This document shows, in pieces, positions 38,233 to 48,494 of a stretch of 64,000 nucleotides of DNA. Made by a program: the position numbers and the translations under genes. The DNA comes from an uncultured bacterium. Its GTDB lineage: Bacteria > CSSED10-310 > CAZUFC01. The notes beneath the pieces were generated by a model, which was not told the origin of the DNA, did not search any database, and worked only from the letters and a program-made list of their open reading frames with translations. The stretch is from assembly GCA_964619725.1 (NCBI GenBank), contig CAZUFC010000010.1, positions 6,277 to 70,276 on the forward strand, in the 5' to 3' direction. The number at the start of each line of letters is the position of its first letter. The stretch's first letter is position 1.

Positions 38233-39948
38233 ATGAAAAAAATATTTTGGGTTTTTATGATTGCCGTTTTTTTTCTGATTTCCGCCTGCCGGAAACCTGG
38301 AGTTTCAGAACTGACAATACCTGCAGGCAGCCAGATCGCCGTCGAACTCAAAGATGTCAGGCAACTCTGGAATCGTCTGAAAACTTCACAGCTTTATATC
38401 GAATTTGTCGAATTGCAAACGTATAAGAAATTTTCCGAGAATCCCCAAGTAGAAGAGTTTCTGGCCAATCTTGAAAAGGCGGAACAGGAATACGGATTTA
38501 AACTGAATGAAGAAACCATAATGCAATTGATCGGACAACAGGCAAAAATAGCTTTCCTGAAAGAACCTTCCGGTATCTTGCTGGTTTCAGAAATTGCAGA
38601 TCGAGAAAATTTAGTCAAAATGCTTCAATTCATTGAGGAGGCCGTCAGCAAGAAGGAACGCTTCTCAACAGAAAAGAATAACTATGAAGACTTCGACATC
38701 ACGGTTTTCCGATCGAAATTAAATTCGAAAAGCGATGCCGGTTTCGGTTTCGCATTATCGGAATCCACCCTTCTGGTTGCTTCAAATCCGGCCCTTTTTA
38801 ATATTCAGATTGATCTTCTTTCCGGCAAGGATTCAAACTTCTTAGCTGAACAACAAGACTATAAAACTGCAAAAAAACAGCTCGGCGATTATCCTGTTGT
38901 GGTTTTTGCCCGAGGAAGCGGCATTTCCGCCTCTTTAAAAAAGATAATGCAGACGTGGCACGATATTAAAACGGGAATCGATGCCGACAAACAAAACATC
39001 GTCGATACTTCCATAGTAGGTCTGAATTATGAAAACGGCGAAATCTCTTCCGTCACTCATTCCTTTTTGAAGGACTCGGATAAATCGACAAAGAGGGAGA
39101 ACATAATAGCTTCTTTGCTCAACGACAGGAAAATTGAACCGGAATCGCTCGAATTATTTGCAAAAGATGCCCTTCTGGCAGCCGCAGGAGCCATTAACTT
39201 CGAAAAATTAAAAGTTTTGCTGCAGGATCAAAACCTGCTCGATCCTTCTGCCCGGGACGGCCAGGGATTAGGAAACCTGAAACAGGATTTCAACCTGACG
39301 CAGGAGAATCTCAGCCAGGCGGAAGAAATACTGGACGTTCTGCAAGGCCAGGCAGCCTTTGCTATTGAAAAGATCGATTTCGGAGGTTTTATTCCCATAC
39401 CTCGCGTTCTGCTGACGGCCAAACTTAAGGATCAAAACCGGGCACAGGAACTTTTGAAACGACTGTTCAATGAACCTGTTCAAAATCTTGTGAAGGACAA
39501 AGGTTTTGAATTCATCGAAGAGGAATACGAGGGCAATATAATTCACTATATCCCTTTACCGTTCGGAAACAACCTTTCGCCGGGATGGACGATAATAGAC
39601 GATATCCTCGTGATGGGAACCAGCTACCAGGCATTGACGTCAGCAGTCGACCGGCTGTTCAAAGATTCGGACGAAAAAGCGGACTACCTGCTCCAAAATG
39701 AATTCGTAAAATCATCATTAGAATCGCATGAAGAAGCGAAAAATCTAATCTTCTATTACAACAACGTCGAAACCGTCATTCAACTGAAAAAAATCCTGAC
39801 GACATACCGCATACTGATCCAAAAAAAAGTCGACGTTGATATGATCGGGAACATCCTGTCCGGCTTGGACAATTTCGGCGCATTTTCATCAGTCATGACT
39901 TACGACCGTAATATCCTTACCGTATCAAACCGATTCAAAATAAACTAA
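38233..39948 (+). CDS. Putative lipoprotein (DUF3352-like)
   Basis: Lipobox LISAC; repeated pattern Y.G..I..(F/W)....L(LV)..S...L. Confidence 0.65.
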   Translation: MKKIFWVFMIAVFFLISACRKPGVSELTIPAGSQIAVELKDVRQLWNRLKTSQLYIEFVELQTYKKFSENPQVEEFLANLEKAEQEYGFKLNEETIMQLIGQQAKIAFLKEPSGILLVSEIADRENLVKMLQFIEEAVSKKERFSTEKNNYEDFDITVFRSKLNSKSDAGFGFALSESTLLVASNPALFNIQIDLLSGKDSNFLAEQQDYKTAKKQLGDYPVVVFARGSGISASLKKIMQTWHDIKTGIDADKQNIVDTSIVGLNYENGEISSVTHSFLKDSDKSTKRENIIASLLNDRKIEPESLELFAKDALLAAAGAINFEKLKVLLQDQNLLDPSARDGQGLGNLKQDFNLTQENLSQAEEILDVLQGQAAFAIEKIDFGGFIPIPRVLLTAKLKDQNRAQELLKRLFNEPVQNLVKDKGFEFIEEEYEGNIIHYIPLPFGNNLSPGWTIIDDILVMGTSYQALTSAVDRLFKDSDEKADYLLQNEFVKSSLESHEEAKNLIFYYNNVETVIQLKKILTTYRILIQKKVDVDMIGNILSGLDNFGAFSSVMTYDRNILTVSNRFKIN

Positions 39949-39998
39949 GCCTGCCCAAAGGAATGCGACGTCTCGTCAAGGTTTATCAGTGGTTTCCA

Positions 39999-40019
39999 AA
40001 GGGCTCTGACCCCTTCGCC
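39999..40019 (-). repeat. REP-like hairpin family C (AAGGGGTCAGAGCCCTT)
   Basis: Reverse complement of the copies at 44991 and 47086. Confidence 0.7.
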
Positions 40020-40203
40020 GGCGCCTGAGCCGCCTGCTTTTTCCCCCATGGCATCCGTCTGCCGGTGACTAGACCGGTCAGAGGGGCTTCTTTCACGGGC
40101 GATCCCTGGACAAGAGAAGTTGTTTTGGTATAAAGGGGAGAACTGCAGACGAAATGTCGTGTGCGTGACAGTAATAATTTCGATTTTCAAACAGGAGGGA
40201 ACG

Positions 40204-40641
40204 ATGAAAGCGGAATATTGGGCAATTTTAACCGCTCTGTGCTGGGCATTCGGATCTTTTTTTGAAAAAAAAGGAGTGAAACTCGGAGGTCTGTCGCCGG
40301 TTTTGGGAGCAGCCATTCGCACAGCGATAAGCGTTATTGCTCTTGGTTTGCTGAGCATGCCCTTCTGGCGTCAGATTAAAATCGCGGGTCCCCGACCAAT
40401 AGCAATGGTCGCCATATCCGGGGGGATTTTTTCCGGCACCCTGGGGATATGGTTTCTGTATAAATCATTGAGCGGCGGAAACCTTTCTATCGTTATGCCC
40501 ATCGCTTTCTGCCTGACTCCCGTTATCGGTTCAATTCTCGGTTTGATCTTTATGAAAGAAAAACTTCACTTCCTGCAAGCCCTCGGCATATTGATGACCG
40601 TTCTCGGCGCAACGTTAACCGTTTATTTCAGAGTCGAGTAA
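40204..40641 (+). CDS. EamA/DMT-family small transporter
   Basis: RBS AGGAGG before MKAEYW; five TM helices; FMKEKL...LGILM motif. Confidence 0.85.
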   Translation: MKAEYWAILTALCWAFGSFFEKKGVKLGGLSPVLGAAIRTAISVIALGLLSMPFWRQIKIAGPRPIAMVAISGGIFSGTLGIWFLYKSLSGGNLSIVMPIAFCLTPVIGSILGLIFMKEKLHFLQALGILMTVLGATLTVYFRVE

Positions 40642-40745
40642 CCAGGGGACTGATCATTCTCCGGCCGCAATATTTCACTTTTTATTTTCTTTATTTTATG
40701 GGGCTCCCCGATCTTCAAGCAGCGACTGCGGCGGTTAGCTGAAAA

Positions 40746-43097
40746 TCAGTATGAGCGTTCTTCCTGCAACTCTAATTCACGACCGTTGTAAGTCGAAATC
40801 CAAATATTTTTTCCATCCGTCCTCACGGTCACTGATCCGTCCTGATCAGTCCTGAATATATGAGGCCGGGAAGGAGCATCTTCCAGGTTTTTTATTACTT
40901 CCGGCGAAGGATGTCCGAAATTATTTCTAATTCCGACGGAAATGACCGCAGCCTTTGGAGAAACCTGCCGGAGAAATTCTGGCGTTGAGGAAGTTATGCT
41001 GCCGTGATGAGCTACTTTCAAAATATCAGCTTCAAGATGCTCTCCGAAGCCCATAAGGGCTTTCTCCAATGGTCTCTCCGCATCGCCGGTAAATAGAAAT
41101 TCCACATTGTCGTATTTAATTTTTAAAATGAGGGAACGGTCGTTTTCCGATAATTTGAATTTTCCGGCAGGTTCTGATTGATAATTGAACACGGGAATAT
41201 TTTTGCTTATCAATTTTTTTAAGAGAGACCGCAACGGTTCTCTGTCCGGAAAACCGTTATGCATAAAAAGTCCGACGGAACGGTTCATCACCAGGGGGAA
41301 CAGACCCATGATGTGATCGGGGTGTTTGTGAGTCAAAACAAGATAATCGATATGCCTGATCCTGACTGTTTTCAGATAATCAATTAATATCTCTTTAATG
41401 AAATGATCGTCGGAAATATAATGACCGCCGCCGTCGATCACCATAATGCTTCCGTCAGGATAACGAATAACGGAAGAATCCCCGTTGCCGACATCAAGAA
41501 AAGTAACGCTCATGATAGACTCGGAATGAATTTTCTGTATAAGACCTGAATAGGAAAGCGACAGCATGATAATGGCGCAGGCAGCCGTGAGTTTTCTGAG
41601 CAATCTGTAACGCATGCCCGGAAGGCAGGCGACAGCGATGTAAAACAGGATTATTTCAAATGCATTGGGTGAATCGCACTCAAGCGTTATGATATTCAGA
41701 CGACTGAAAAAAGAGGCACATCGACAGATTAATTCTGCCGTCAAATGCGCCGGAACAAATAAAATGCTTGCATCCCAGAATGGTATTGAAGAGAGCGCAA
41801 TGGCCGTTAAACCTGCGGCTAAAGTTATCGTCAGCAGCGGTAAGACAATCATATAGGGTATGAATCCGAAGATCGCTATCTGATGAAAATTATAAGCCGT
41901 CAAGGGAATTATTCCGGCCTGAGCTGAAATGCTGACCGCAAATAAGTCCCAGATTCTTCTGCCGTATCTGAATCCGATCTGCGTTCTGACCGCCTGATAA
42001 AGCGTCAGAATAGAAACCGTCGCTATGAATGTTAGTTGGAATCCTGTGAGGAAAATCTCATCCGGCTCAAGAAGTAACAAAAAAAGAAAAGCTAAACAGA
42101 CGGAATTGAATGCATCAGATTTCCTGAACAAGAGTCTGCCGCCGAACCAGAATGCGGCCATGATGAAAGCTCTGAAAACAGGCGGCTGCATACCGGTCAA
42201 AAGCGCGAAAAAACCTGAAATTGTTATGGTTAGAGCTGCAGATGATCGAATGCTCATACCTGTCTTCCGCAAAATGAAATTTATCATTAAGGCGACGATA
42301 CCCATGTGCAGCCCTGAAACAGCCAGGATATGCGCCATCCCGCTTTTGCGAAACGCCTCCTTCCTCTCAAAATTCATCATTGTTTTATCTCCCAGAAGCA
42401 AGGCCGATAATAACCCTTGCGAATCCTCCCACCCTGCCCCCTTAATCCTCTTCTGTATTTTTTCCCTTAAATCGTTGAAAAAACTGCGAACGGAAATATG
42501 TTCGTTTTTTCGATAATTCAGAACGGCGGTTTTCTTCGATATGCTTCCCAGGAAAAAAATATCTTCTGCAGCACACCACCTCTCATAATCGAAAGACCCC
42601 TTGTTTTTATAGCTGTTGGGCTTGTGAAGGCGAACCTCTGCAGTCAGTTTTCCTCCTGTTTCAAAAGGTATATCCAGGTCATTGTAAATGCTTATTTTTA
42701 CTTTTCCGGGTAACTCGGACCATTCTGCACCTTGCTTTAATGTTACAGACGACAACAAAAGTTTACAGCCTGGTTTTATATGCCGGCTGCATTCTTCAAT
42801 CTCCCCAGTGATAATACATTTATCGCCCCGGCCGCCTTTCGCGGATAAAACACCCTTATACTCGCCCTGTTCAGAGTCATATCGAATAATGCCCGATATA
42901 AAGGCAATCAGAACGACCGCCAATGTTCCCCAGACATATTTTTTCCTTATCCAGGTCCATATCACGAAAATCGGGATGACGGGAAACAGAAAGATCGATA
43001 TTGAACCCATCCATGGAAATCGCTCCGAGATAAGAATACCCGCTCCGAAAGCCAATGCGAAAGGCATAAACGGCCGACGCATAATTATGTTCTTCAT
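40746..43097 (-). CDS. comEC: DNA uptake protein ComEC/Rec2
   Basis: LLLGDK, HILAVSGLH, GFQLTF, DVGNGDS, THKHPDH, FTGD, KVAHHGS, GHP, RTDQDG. Confidence 0.95.
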   Translation of the reverse strand: MKNIIMRRPFMPFALAFGAGILISERFPWMGSISIFLFPVIPIFVIWTWIRKKYVWGTLAVVLIAFISGIIRYDSEQGEYKGVLSAKGGRGDKCIITGEIEECSRHIKPGCKLLLSSVTLKQGAEWSELPGKVKISIYNDLDIPFETGGKLTAEVRLHKPNSYKNKGSFDYERWCAAEDIFFLGSISKKTAVLNYRKNEHISVRSFFNDLREKIQKRIKGAGWEDSQGLLSALLLGDKTMMNFERKEAFRKSGMAHILAVSGLHMGIVALMINFILRKTGMSIRSSAALTITISGFFALLTGMQPPVFRAFIMAAFWFGGRLLFRKSDAFNSVCLAFLFLLLLEPDEIFLTGFQLTFIATVSILTLYQAVRTQIGFRYGRRIWDLFAVSISAQAGIIPLTAYNFHQIAIFGFIPYMIVLPLLTITLAAGLTAIALSSIPFWDASILFVPAHLTAELICRCASFFSRLNIITLECDSPNAFEIILFYIAVACLPGMRYRLLRKLTAACAIIMLSLSYSGLIQKIHSESIMSVTFLDVGNGDSSVIRYPDGSIMVIDGGGHYISDDHFIKEILIDYLKTVRIRHIDYLVLTHKHPDHIMGLFPLVMNRSVGLFMHNGFPDREPLRSLLKKLISKNIPVFNYQSEPAGKFKLSENDRSLILKIKYDNVEFLFTGDAERPLEKALMGFGEHLEADILKVAHHGSITSSTPEFLRQVSPKAAVISVGIRNNFGHPSPEVIKNLEDAPSRPHIFRTDQDGSVTVRTDGKNIWISTYNGRELELQEERSY

Positions 43098-43131
43098 TTT
43101 ATAGCTCCTTTCCGGTTTTTTATTCTGCCGG

Positions 43132-43641
43132 CTATGGACTACTGCAAATCGTCAGGTCTTTCAGTTTCTTCAATTTCTTTTCCCCGATGCCCCTTACTTC
43201 CAACAACTCCTCCTTCGCTTGAAAAAGCCCGTGTTTGTCTCTGTAATCTATTATGCTTCGTGCCGTTGTGTAGCCTATGCCGTCCAGTAAACACAGCAAC
43301 TCCGTCGGGGCCTTGTTTAAATCGATCAATGTTCTGAAAGGATTCAGCACCATTACTTCAACAGCGCCTTCGGCCGCAGGAAATATAAATGCCGTTTCGG
43401 GTACCAGATTTTGTTCTTTCCTCGCTATTCCAGTCTTAGAATCTGGTCTCTCAAAAGATTCTCCGCTTTCCGGCACATCAGTTTCTCTTTGAGACGTTCC
43501 TGAGTCGTCATCTTTCGTTTCCGCTTGAACGGGACGCGCAGCAGAAATTAATTGACCGGCAGTTATCAGCCAGAAAGGTCCTATCGCTATAATAGAAAAA
43601 ATAATCAGAATAACCTGATGTTCCTTGCATACAATCTTCAT
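43132..43641 (-). CDS. comEA: ComEA helix-hairpin-helix DNA receptor
   Basis: IDLNKA..LDGIG..ARSIIDYR..G.F..EELLEVRGIGEK; upstream of comEC. Confidence 0.9.
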   Translation of the reverse strand: MKIVCKEHQVILIIFSIIAIGPFWLITAGQLISAARPVQAETKDDDSGTSQRETDVPESGESFERPDSKTGIARKEQNLVPETAFIFPAAEGAVEVMVLNPFRTLIDLNKAPTELLCLLDGIGYTTARSIIDYRDKHGLFQAKEELLEVRGIGEKKLKKLKDLTICSSP

Positions 43642-43743
43642 TACTCCTCTCCTTTTTCATCCGATTCGCCGCTTGTCGGACTAAAAAATTAAGGGGAAAA
43701 CATTTGCTTTCGGGAATTCCCTTTCTGATGCCGGTTATTTTTT

Positions 43744-43760
43744 AGCAATCTTCATGCCAA
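43744..43760 (-). promoter_or_regulatory. sigma54 (-24/-12) promoter upstream of comEA-comEC
   Basis: Minus strand TTGGCATGAAGATTGCT: GG-N10-GC, near consensus. Confidence 0.7.
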
Positions 43761-43858
43761 TTCCCCAAAAGGATATTTTTTGACTGTTGCTTTGAAATTA
43801 TTACAATGAATACGGGAAGCTCAGGCTTCTTCGTGGGTTGACGAAAACAGGCAGGTAA

Positions 43859-44674
43859 ATGATTATCAATTACAAAAATTTAAATCTTGTCACAGTCCTT
43901 CTGATCACGGGCTGTCTCATCGGTCTGCTCTCCGTCGTCTGGTTTACCAAAGCGGCGGGCAATACTCCATTGACCGAAATGGAAATAATTCGACTCCATA
44001 ATGAAAATATAAGCGATACGGCGATCATCAGTCACGCTCAATCCTGCGGACTGGCTTTTTCTTTAACTACGGACGCAATCATTAATCTTCGCCGTTCCGG
44101 AATAAGCAACCACGTTATTGAAGAATTGATCCAAATCGCCGACACCCAAACGGTTGATGAAGAAATTGATGCTTCAGCCTCGCCCATTGAAGAAAACGAA
44201 GGATATTTTTCTTCACAAAAGTCTCCTTTCGAAAATGACGGCCCTGTCGAATCAAACCAAAAAACTTCTTCTTCACCGAATTGCACCTATCTTAAAAAGC
44301 TCGAAGAAATAAACAACCGTTATGAAAAAACCAGTCGATTGACGCTCAGCACACTCACTTCATCACTGAATACATCATCAATCGATGAAATTCTTGAAAA
44401 CAAAAAACGGCAAAAAAATGAAATTTCCTTTTTAAATGCGCCGACGGAACTGAGGGAATTGCATCGACAAATCCTCGATTACATGGATAAGGAGATGGAA
44501 TTGTTTCACTACGTGAAGCAAATAATGAAAGGCGACGTCGGCGCAGCAGCTACAGCTAAAAATAAAGCCTATAGCATTCTGAACGAAGGAAAATCAATAT
44601 ACTCCCGGCATAATTCATTCAGAAGAAAATGCGGCATGCCGCCCCTTCCCGACCTGTCCATGTTCAATTTCTAA
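43859..44674 (+). CDS. Hypothetical membrane-anchored protein
   Basis: N-terminal TM; duplicated small helical motif (IIRL..NISD.AII / IINL..GISN.VI); helical C-terminus. Confidence 0.7.
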   Translation: MIINYKNLNLVTVLLITGCLIGLLSVVWFTKAAGNTPLTEMEIIRLHNENISDTAIISHAQSCGLAFSLTTDAIINLRRSGISNHVIEELIQIADTQTVDEEIDASASPIEENEGYFSSQKSPFENDGPVESNQKTSSSPNCTYLKKLEEINNRYEKTSRLTLSTLTSSLNTSSIDEILENKKRQKNEISFLNAPTELRELHRQILDYMDKEMELFHYVKQIMKGDVGAAATAKNKAYSILNEGKSIYSRHNSFRRKCGMPPLPDLSMFNF

Positions 44675-44675
44675 C

Positions 44676-44732
44676 TAGTGTCTGTCCACAAACTAGAATC
44701 TCGATTCAAAATTTAATGCTGGACAGCCACTA
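44676..44732. mobile_element. 57-bp MITE family B
   Basis: TAGTGTCTGTCCA...TGGACAGCCACTA, 12/13 TIR. Confidence 0.75.
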
Positions 44733-44990
44733 ACTAGCCGGATCGAAAATTTAAATCCTCAACCATCAGCAAACCGGCACGACAACGCAAAAATCATCAA
44801 TTCAAATTTTTTGAACTTTTTTCAAAAAATTTGACCCCCTTGAATGTAAGCCCAGCCTTGTTTCACTGTTTTTACCCACCTTGAAATTCAAATTTTTTGA
44901 ATTTCATCACAAAAATGATGCTTCCTGATTACGGTCCCTATGCTCCGTATCATAATAAAAAATAAAAAAATTCATGATCAATAAAGGGAT

Positions 44991-45015
44991 GGCGAAGGGG
45001 TCAGAGCCCTTCGCC
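44991..45015 (+). repeat. REP-like hairpin family C
   Basis: GGCGAAGGG-GTCAGAG-CCCTTCGCC. Confidence 0.75.
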
Positions 45016-45326
45016 GATGATTGTAAAACCTTGTTTATCCGCTTGCTCTTCCGTCGCGGCCGGTCTTGGCTCCCTATGCCTGTTCACTGATTGAGGGCAA
45101 AACAGGTGATGTTTTCCTGAAAAAGGCGCCATTCTTGCTGCCGCATTGTTGATCTTGTCGATCGATTCAGTACCAAATTTTTCATGTGTCGTTTTATTGC
45201 CGTTTAAGGCTTAGGAAAATCTCGAAATCATTGAGAAGTCGTAAGAAAGGAGGAAGCATTACTTTATCCGGACGCATGGTCCGGGGCAAATCTACAATTC
45301 GAGTTTATGGAGAGACGCGGGTCAGG

Positions 45327-46025
45327 TTACTTTTGGGCAGTTTCTGTCCTGGAGAGCATAATCACGGCTCGTTCCTCACCTGCCGATTCACCGGCAAAAG
45401 TCGTGATGAACGGCAGCGTCCATTGTCCGGGTCTGACCGTCATCGACGTCTGCATTTGTTTTGTCTGCAATACCGGTTTGCCGACTTCCAAATCCACTCC
45501 GGGGATATCCTCTCTTGCAGTAACCGCTACGACTCTTATTTCATACTCGACTCTGATCATTTGTCCTTCAGGGACGGCTGATACTTTCAAAGTAATTCCA
45601 GACGATTCGGACGGATCGATCTCTTTTAAAGTAAAACGACCCTCCTCCTTCTCAAAATACTGCAGTCGCCACATTGATTGAAGTTCCGCCGACTGCCCGA
45701 CAGGATGACCGATACGGTGTGAGGCTAATCGCTCTCCTCCTGCTTCTGCAGTTTTTTCTGCAATAATTTTCGGCAAGTCGTTCAATGCCGTTTTTTCTTC
45801 TATCGTTTCAATTCCCAAATTCTCCATCAGAAAGGCCACATCCAGATCATCTGTTTCGACAGCCTGTTTCAGCCAGGGTGTATCCATCGGAAAACTGAGA
45901 AAAAAAGCAATGGTGGCATATTTTTGATTGTCATCTTCCTTATTTCCAGCCTGGATATTCGCCGGAGAACCAAAGAATAAGAATACAAAGAGGGCAATCG
46001 TGGAAATTTTCAAGTTTCTTTTCAT
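45327..46025 (-). CDS. Exported protein with a secretin-like C-terminal pattern
   Basis: Signal peptide, RBS GGAGG; GQSAEL..GITLKVSA..IRVEYEI..KPVLQTKQMQTSMTVRPGQ resembles the secretin core. Confidence 0.55.
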   Translation of the reverse strand: MKRNLKISTIALFVFLFFGSPANIQAGNKEDDNQKYATIAFFLSFPMDTPWLKQAVETDDLDVAFLMENLGIETIEEKTALNDLPKIIAEKTAEAGGERLASHRIGHPVGQSAELQSMWRLQYFEKEEGRFTLKEIDPSESSGITLKVSAVPEGQMIRVEYEIRVVAVTAREDIPGVDLEVGKPVLQTKQMQTSMTVRPGQWTLPFITTFAGESAGEERAVIMLSRTETAQK

Positions 46026-46081
46026 TTTTACCTCCTTCTGCCTGCATCTTTTTGGATGCATTCTATGATTTTAATCGTTAA

Positions 46082-46489
46082 CTAGTTTTTGTCCATAAAC
46101 GACGAATTTTCCCCTATCTGCGTCAGACTTCGGATTTGCTCAGTCGGCTGTATTTCAAAACATGTTGTTTTTTCCGTAAAAATTCTATCACCCAGGTTTT
46201 TTTTTGAGGATAAATCGAGATGTTCAATCATTTTCGGAGAAGGCAGCGTCAGATACACGACTGAGCCTGCGGCCGGCTGGTTCATCATTTCGAATTGGAG
46301 ATGAGCGCTCAACAGGAATCCTGCAGTTAGACAAAGGGTGCATGCGGCGATACAACCCCACAGGGGAATAGGTATGGAAAAGAAGCTCTGTTTTCTGCCG
46401 TTTCCGAGCATATTCCGGATTTTGTTATCTAAAGAGTTGGGGACAGGTTCCAGCGGAGCGTTTCGAATGATATCTTCCAGGTCTTTCAT
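46082..46489 (-). CDS. Putative anti-sigma factor (single TM)
   Basis: ATGA overlap with the ECF sigma stop; P..LD.KI then a TM helix. Confidence 0.7.
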   Translation of the reverse strand: MKDLEDIIRNAPLEPVPNSLDNKIRNMLGNGRKQSFFSIPIPLWGCIAACTLCLTAGFLLSAHLQFEMMNQPAAGSVVYLTLPSPKMIEHLDLSSKKNLGDRIFTEKTTCFEIQPTEQIRSLTQIGENSSFMDKN

Positions 46490-46968
46490 CTGTTTTTCTC
46501 CTCCATTATTTCCCTTAGTTTCATCAAACCTCTTCTGTACCATGAGGCTGCGGTATTAATGGAAGCCTCTTTCAGAGCGGCGATTTCTTTAAAAGTGAAG
46601 CCGGCAATTATTTTCAGCAGAATGGTTTCTTTTTCGTCTTTGGAGATACGCATAAAAAAAGCATCGAGCTCCTCAAGCGTAAAACGGTCATTAGAGAATT
46701 TTTTCGAGTATTGCAGATTGAAAACGGAAGCATAATTATTTTTCGATTCGTCCCGTCGTTTCTGCAAAGCAGCGTTTCGCACGCAACGAAAGACATAGGG
46801 TTTAAGGTCCTCCGGCAGTTCGTTCCTTTTCAGGAGATTTAAAAAAGTTTTCTGAACGGCATCTTCAGCGTTCTCTCTGTTCTGAGTCAGGGAAAGAGCG
46901 TAAGAATAAAGATGTTGTCTGTGTTTCCGGTAAATTTTCAGCAGTTTTTTCTCTTTTTGATCTTTCAT
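46486..46968 (-). CDS. ECF RNA polymerase sigma factor
   Basis: AEDAVQKTF, YVFRCVRN, GFTFKEIA..NTAASWYRRG. Confidence 0.92.
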   Translation of the reverse strand: MKDQKEKKLLKIYRKHRQHLYSYALSLTQNRENAEDAVQKTFLNLLKRNELPEDLKPYVFRCVRNAALQKRRDESKNNYASVFNLQYSKKFSNDRFTLEELDAFFMRISKDEKETILLKIIAGFTFKEIAALKEASINTAASWYRRGLMKLREIMEEKNR

Positions 46969-47085
46969 AACTTTTCCAACTCCAAATATACCACGGAGAA
47001 GGAGGCTTCTTTTGTGCACATAAAAATATTTTATCCCAGAGAAGCGCCGTTAATGCTGAAGGTATCGAAAATGTAAGGCTTTGAA

Positions 47086-47102
47086 AAGGGGTCAGAGCCC
47101 TT
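47086..47102 (+). repeat. REP-like hairpin family C
   Basis: AAGGGGTCAGAGCCCTT. Confidence 0.7.
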
Positions 47103-47147
47103 TCCGAGCCCTTGCCATTTAATGTATACTGTTTCGGGAGACTTCTT

Positions 47148-48494
47148 ATGAGGGGATTAAGAGGACTGGAAATAGCTGAAGTGATGGAGGGGAGTCGGTC
47201 TTTCATGGCGGGGCTTCGTCCTGGTGATCGGATAATTTCCGTTAACGGTTATTCTTGTCGTGATGAGCTTGATTTTTGTTTTTACGCTTCTGAAGAAGAA
47301 GTGTCGATTGAGATTGAGAGACCAGGCGGTGAGAAATGCCGGATAAATTTGATTGCGGGGGATGGTGAGGAAATGGGGATCATTCCTGTTTCCATGAAGA
47401 TAAAAAGGTGCGCCAATAATTGTATATTCTGTTTTATCGATCAGAATCCCGCCGGTTTGCGTAAACCGATATATATCAAGGACGAGGATTACAGGTACAG
47501 TTTTCTTTACGGCAATTTCGTCACCTTGTCGAATCTTACGGACAGGGAGCTTGCCCGCGTCGTCAAGCAACGGATGAGCCCATTATATATTTCCATCCAC
47601 GCCGTTGATGAGGAAGTTCGCAGGAAGTTGCTGGGCAATGCTCGGGCTCGCCCCATTCTGCCGGTTTTGAATGAGTTGAAACAGGCCGGCATTCGGATGC
47701 ACGGTCAGATCGTTTTATGTCCGGGAATCAATGACGATGCGGCGCTAGATGAATCGATCCGGGAATTGTATCATTTTTATCCGGAGCTGGAATCTCTGGC
47801 TGTTATTCCGGTAGGATTAACGAAATACCGAAATAACCTGTATCCGTTAAGGCGTCCGGATGCCGTCTGGTCTGAAAGACAATTGTCATATGTTCATCGG
47901 AATCAGCGTAAAATTTACCAGGAAACCGGCGTGTGCTTTGTTTATGCAGCAGATGAATTTTATTTGAAAGCAAACAGGGAAATACCGGAATCGGTAAAGT
48001 ATGACGATTTCCCGCAACTCGAAAACGGCGTGGGGATGATCAGGAAATTCTGGGATGAGTGCCTGGAGCAGATGAAGAACCTTCCCGCTGATGTCGATCA
48101 TAAGGCGAATTTCACTTTAGCGACGGGAACGGCTGCAGTATCCGTATTGAACAAAATTCTGGAAAAGATCAATAAAATTAAAGGGGTCGAGATCATAGCG
48201 GCGGGAGTGAGCAACCGCCTTTACGGCGAGTCGGTGACTGTTGCCGGACTGTTAGCGGGAAAGGACCTGGCGGACGCGCTGAAGGGGGAAAAAAGAGATT
48301 GTCCCGTACTGATTCCTGATGTTATGCTTAATCCGCAAACAGGACGTTTTATTGACGATATGAGTTTGAAACAAGCGGAAAAGATGAGTCAGCGGGAGAT
48401 AAAGGTTTTACCCTCTTCCGGAACAGAATTCATAGAGGCATTGGTGGAAATTTTAATGAGCGGGGAGAGGAAAGAGGAAAATGAAGGATGTTGA
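47148..48494 (+). CDS. PDZ + radical SAM + DUF512 protein
   Basis: AGLRPGDRIISVNG; CANNCIFCFIDQ; KDEDYR; PGINDD; PVGLT; ADEFY; QLENGVG; VTVAGLL. Confidence 0.9.
   Translation: MRGLRGLEIAEVMEGSRSFMAGLRPGDRIISVNGYSCRDELDFCFYASEEEVSIEIERPGGEKCRINLIAGDGEEMGIIPVSMKIKRCANNCIFCFIDQNPAGLRKPIYIKDEDYRYSFLYGNFVTLSNLTDRELARVVKQRMSPLYISIHAVDEEVRRKLLGNARARPILPVLNELKQAGIRMHGQIVLCPGINDDAALDESIRELYHFYPELESLAVIPVGLTKYRNNLYPLRRPDAVWSERQLSYVHRNQRKIYQETGVCFVYAADEFYLKANREIPESVKYDDFPQLENGVGMIRKFWDECLEQMKNLPADVDHKANFTLATGTAAVSVLNKILEKINKIKGVEIIAAGVSNRLYGESVTVAGLLAGKDLADALKGEKRDCPVLIPDVMLNPQTGRFIDDMSLKQAEKMSQREIKVLPSSGTEFIEALVEILMSGERKEENEGC

Noticed and set aside
44800-44905. AT-rich repeats and palindromes (TTCAAATTTTTTGAA twice)
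   Set aside because: Low complexity; cannot tell an operator or terminator from chance.
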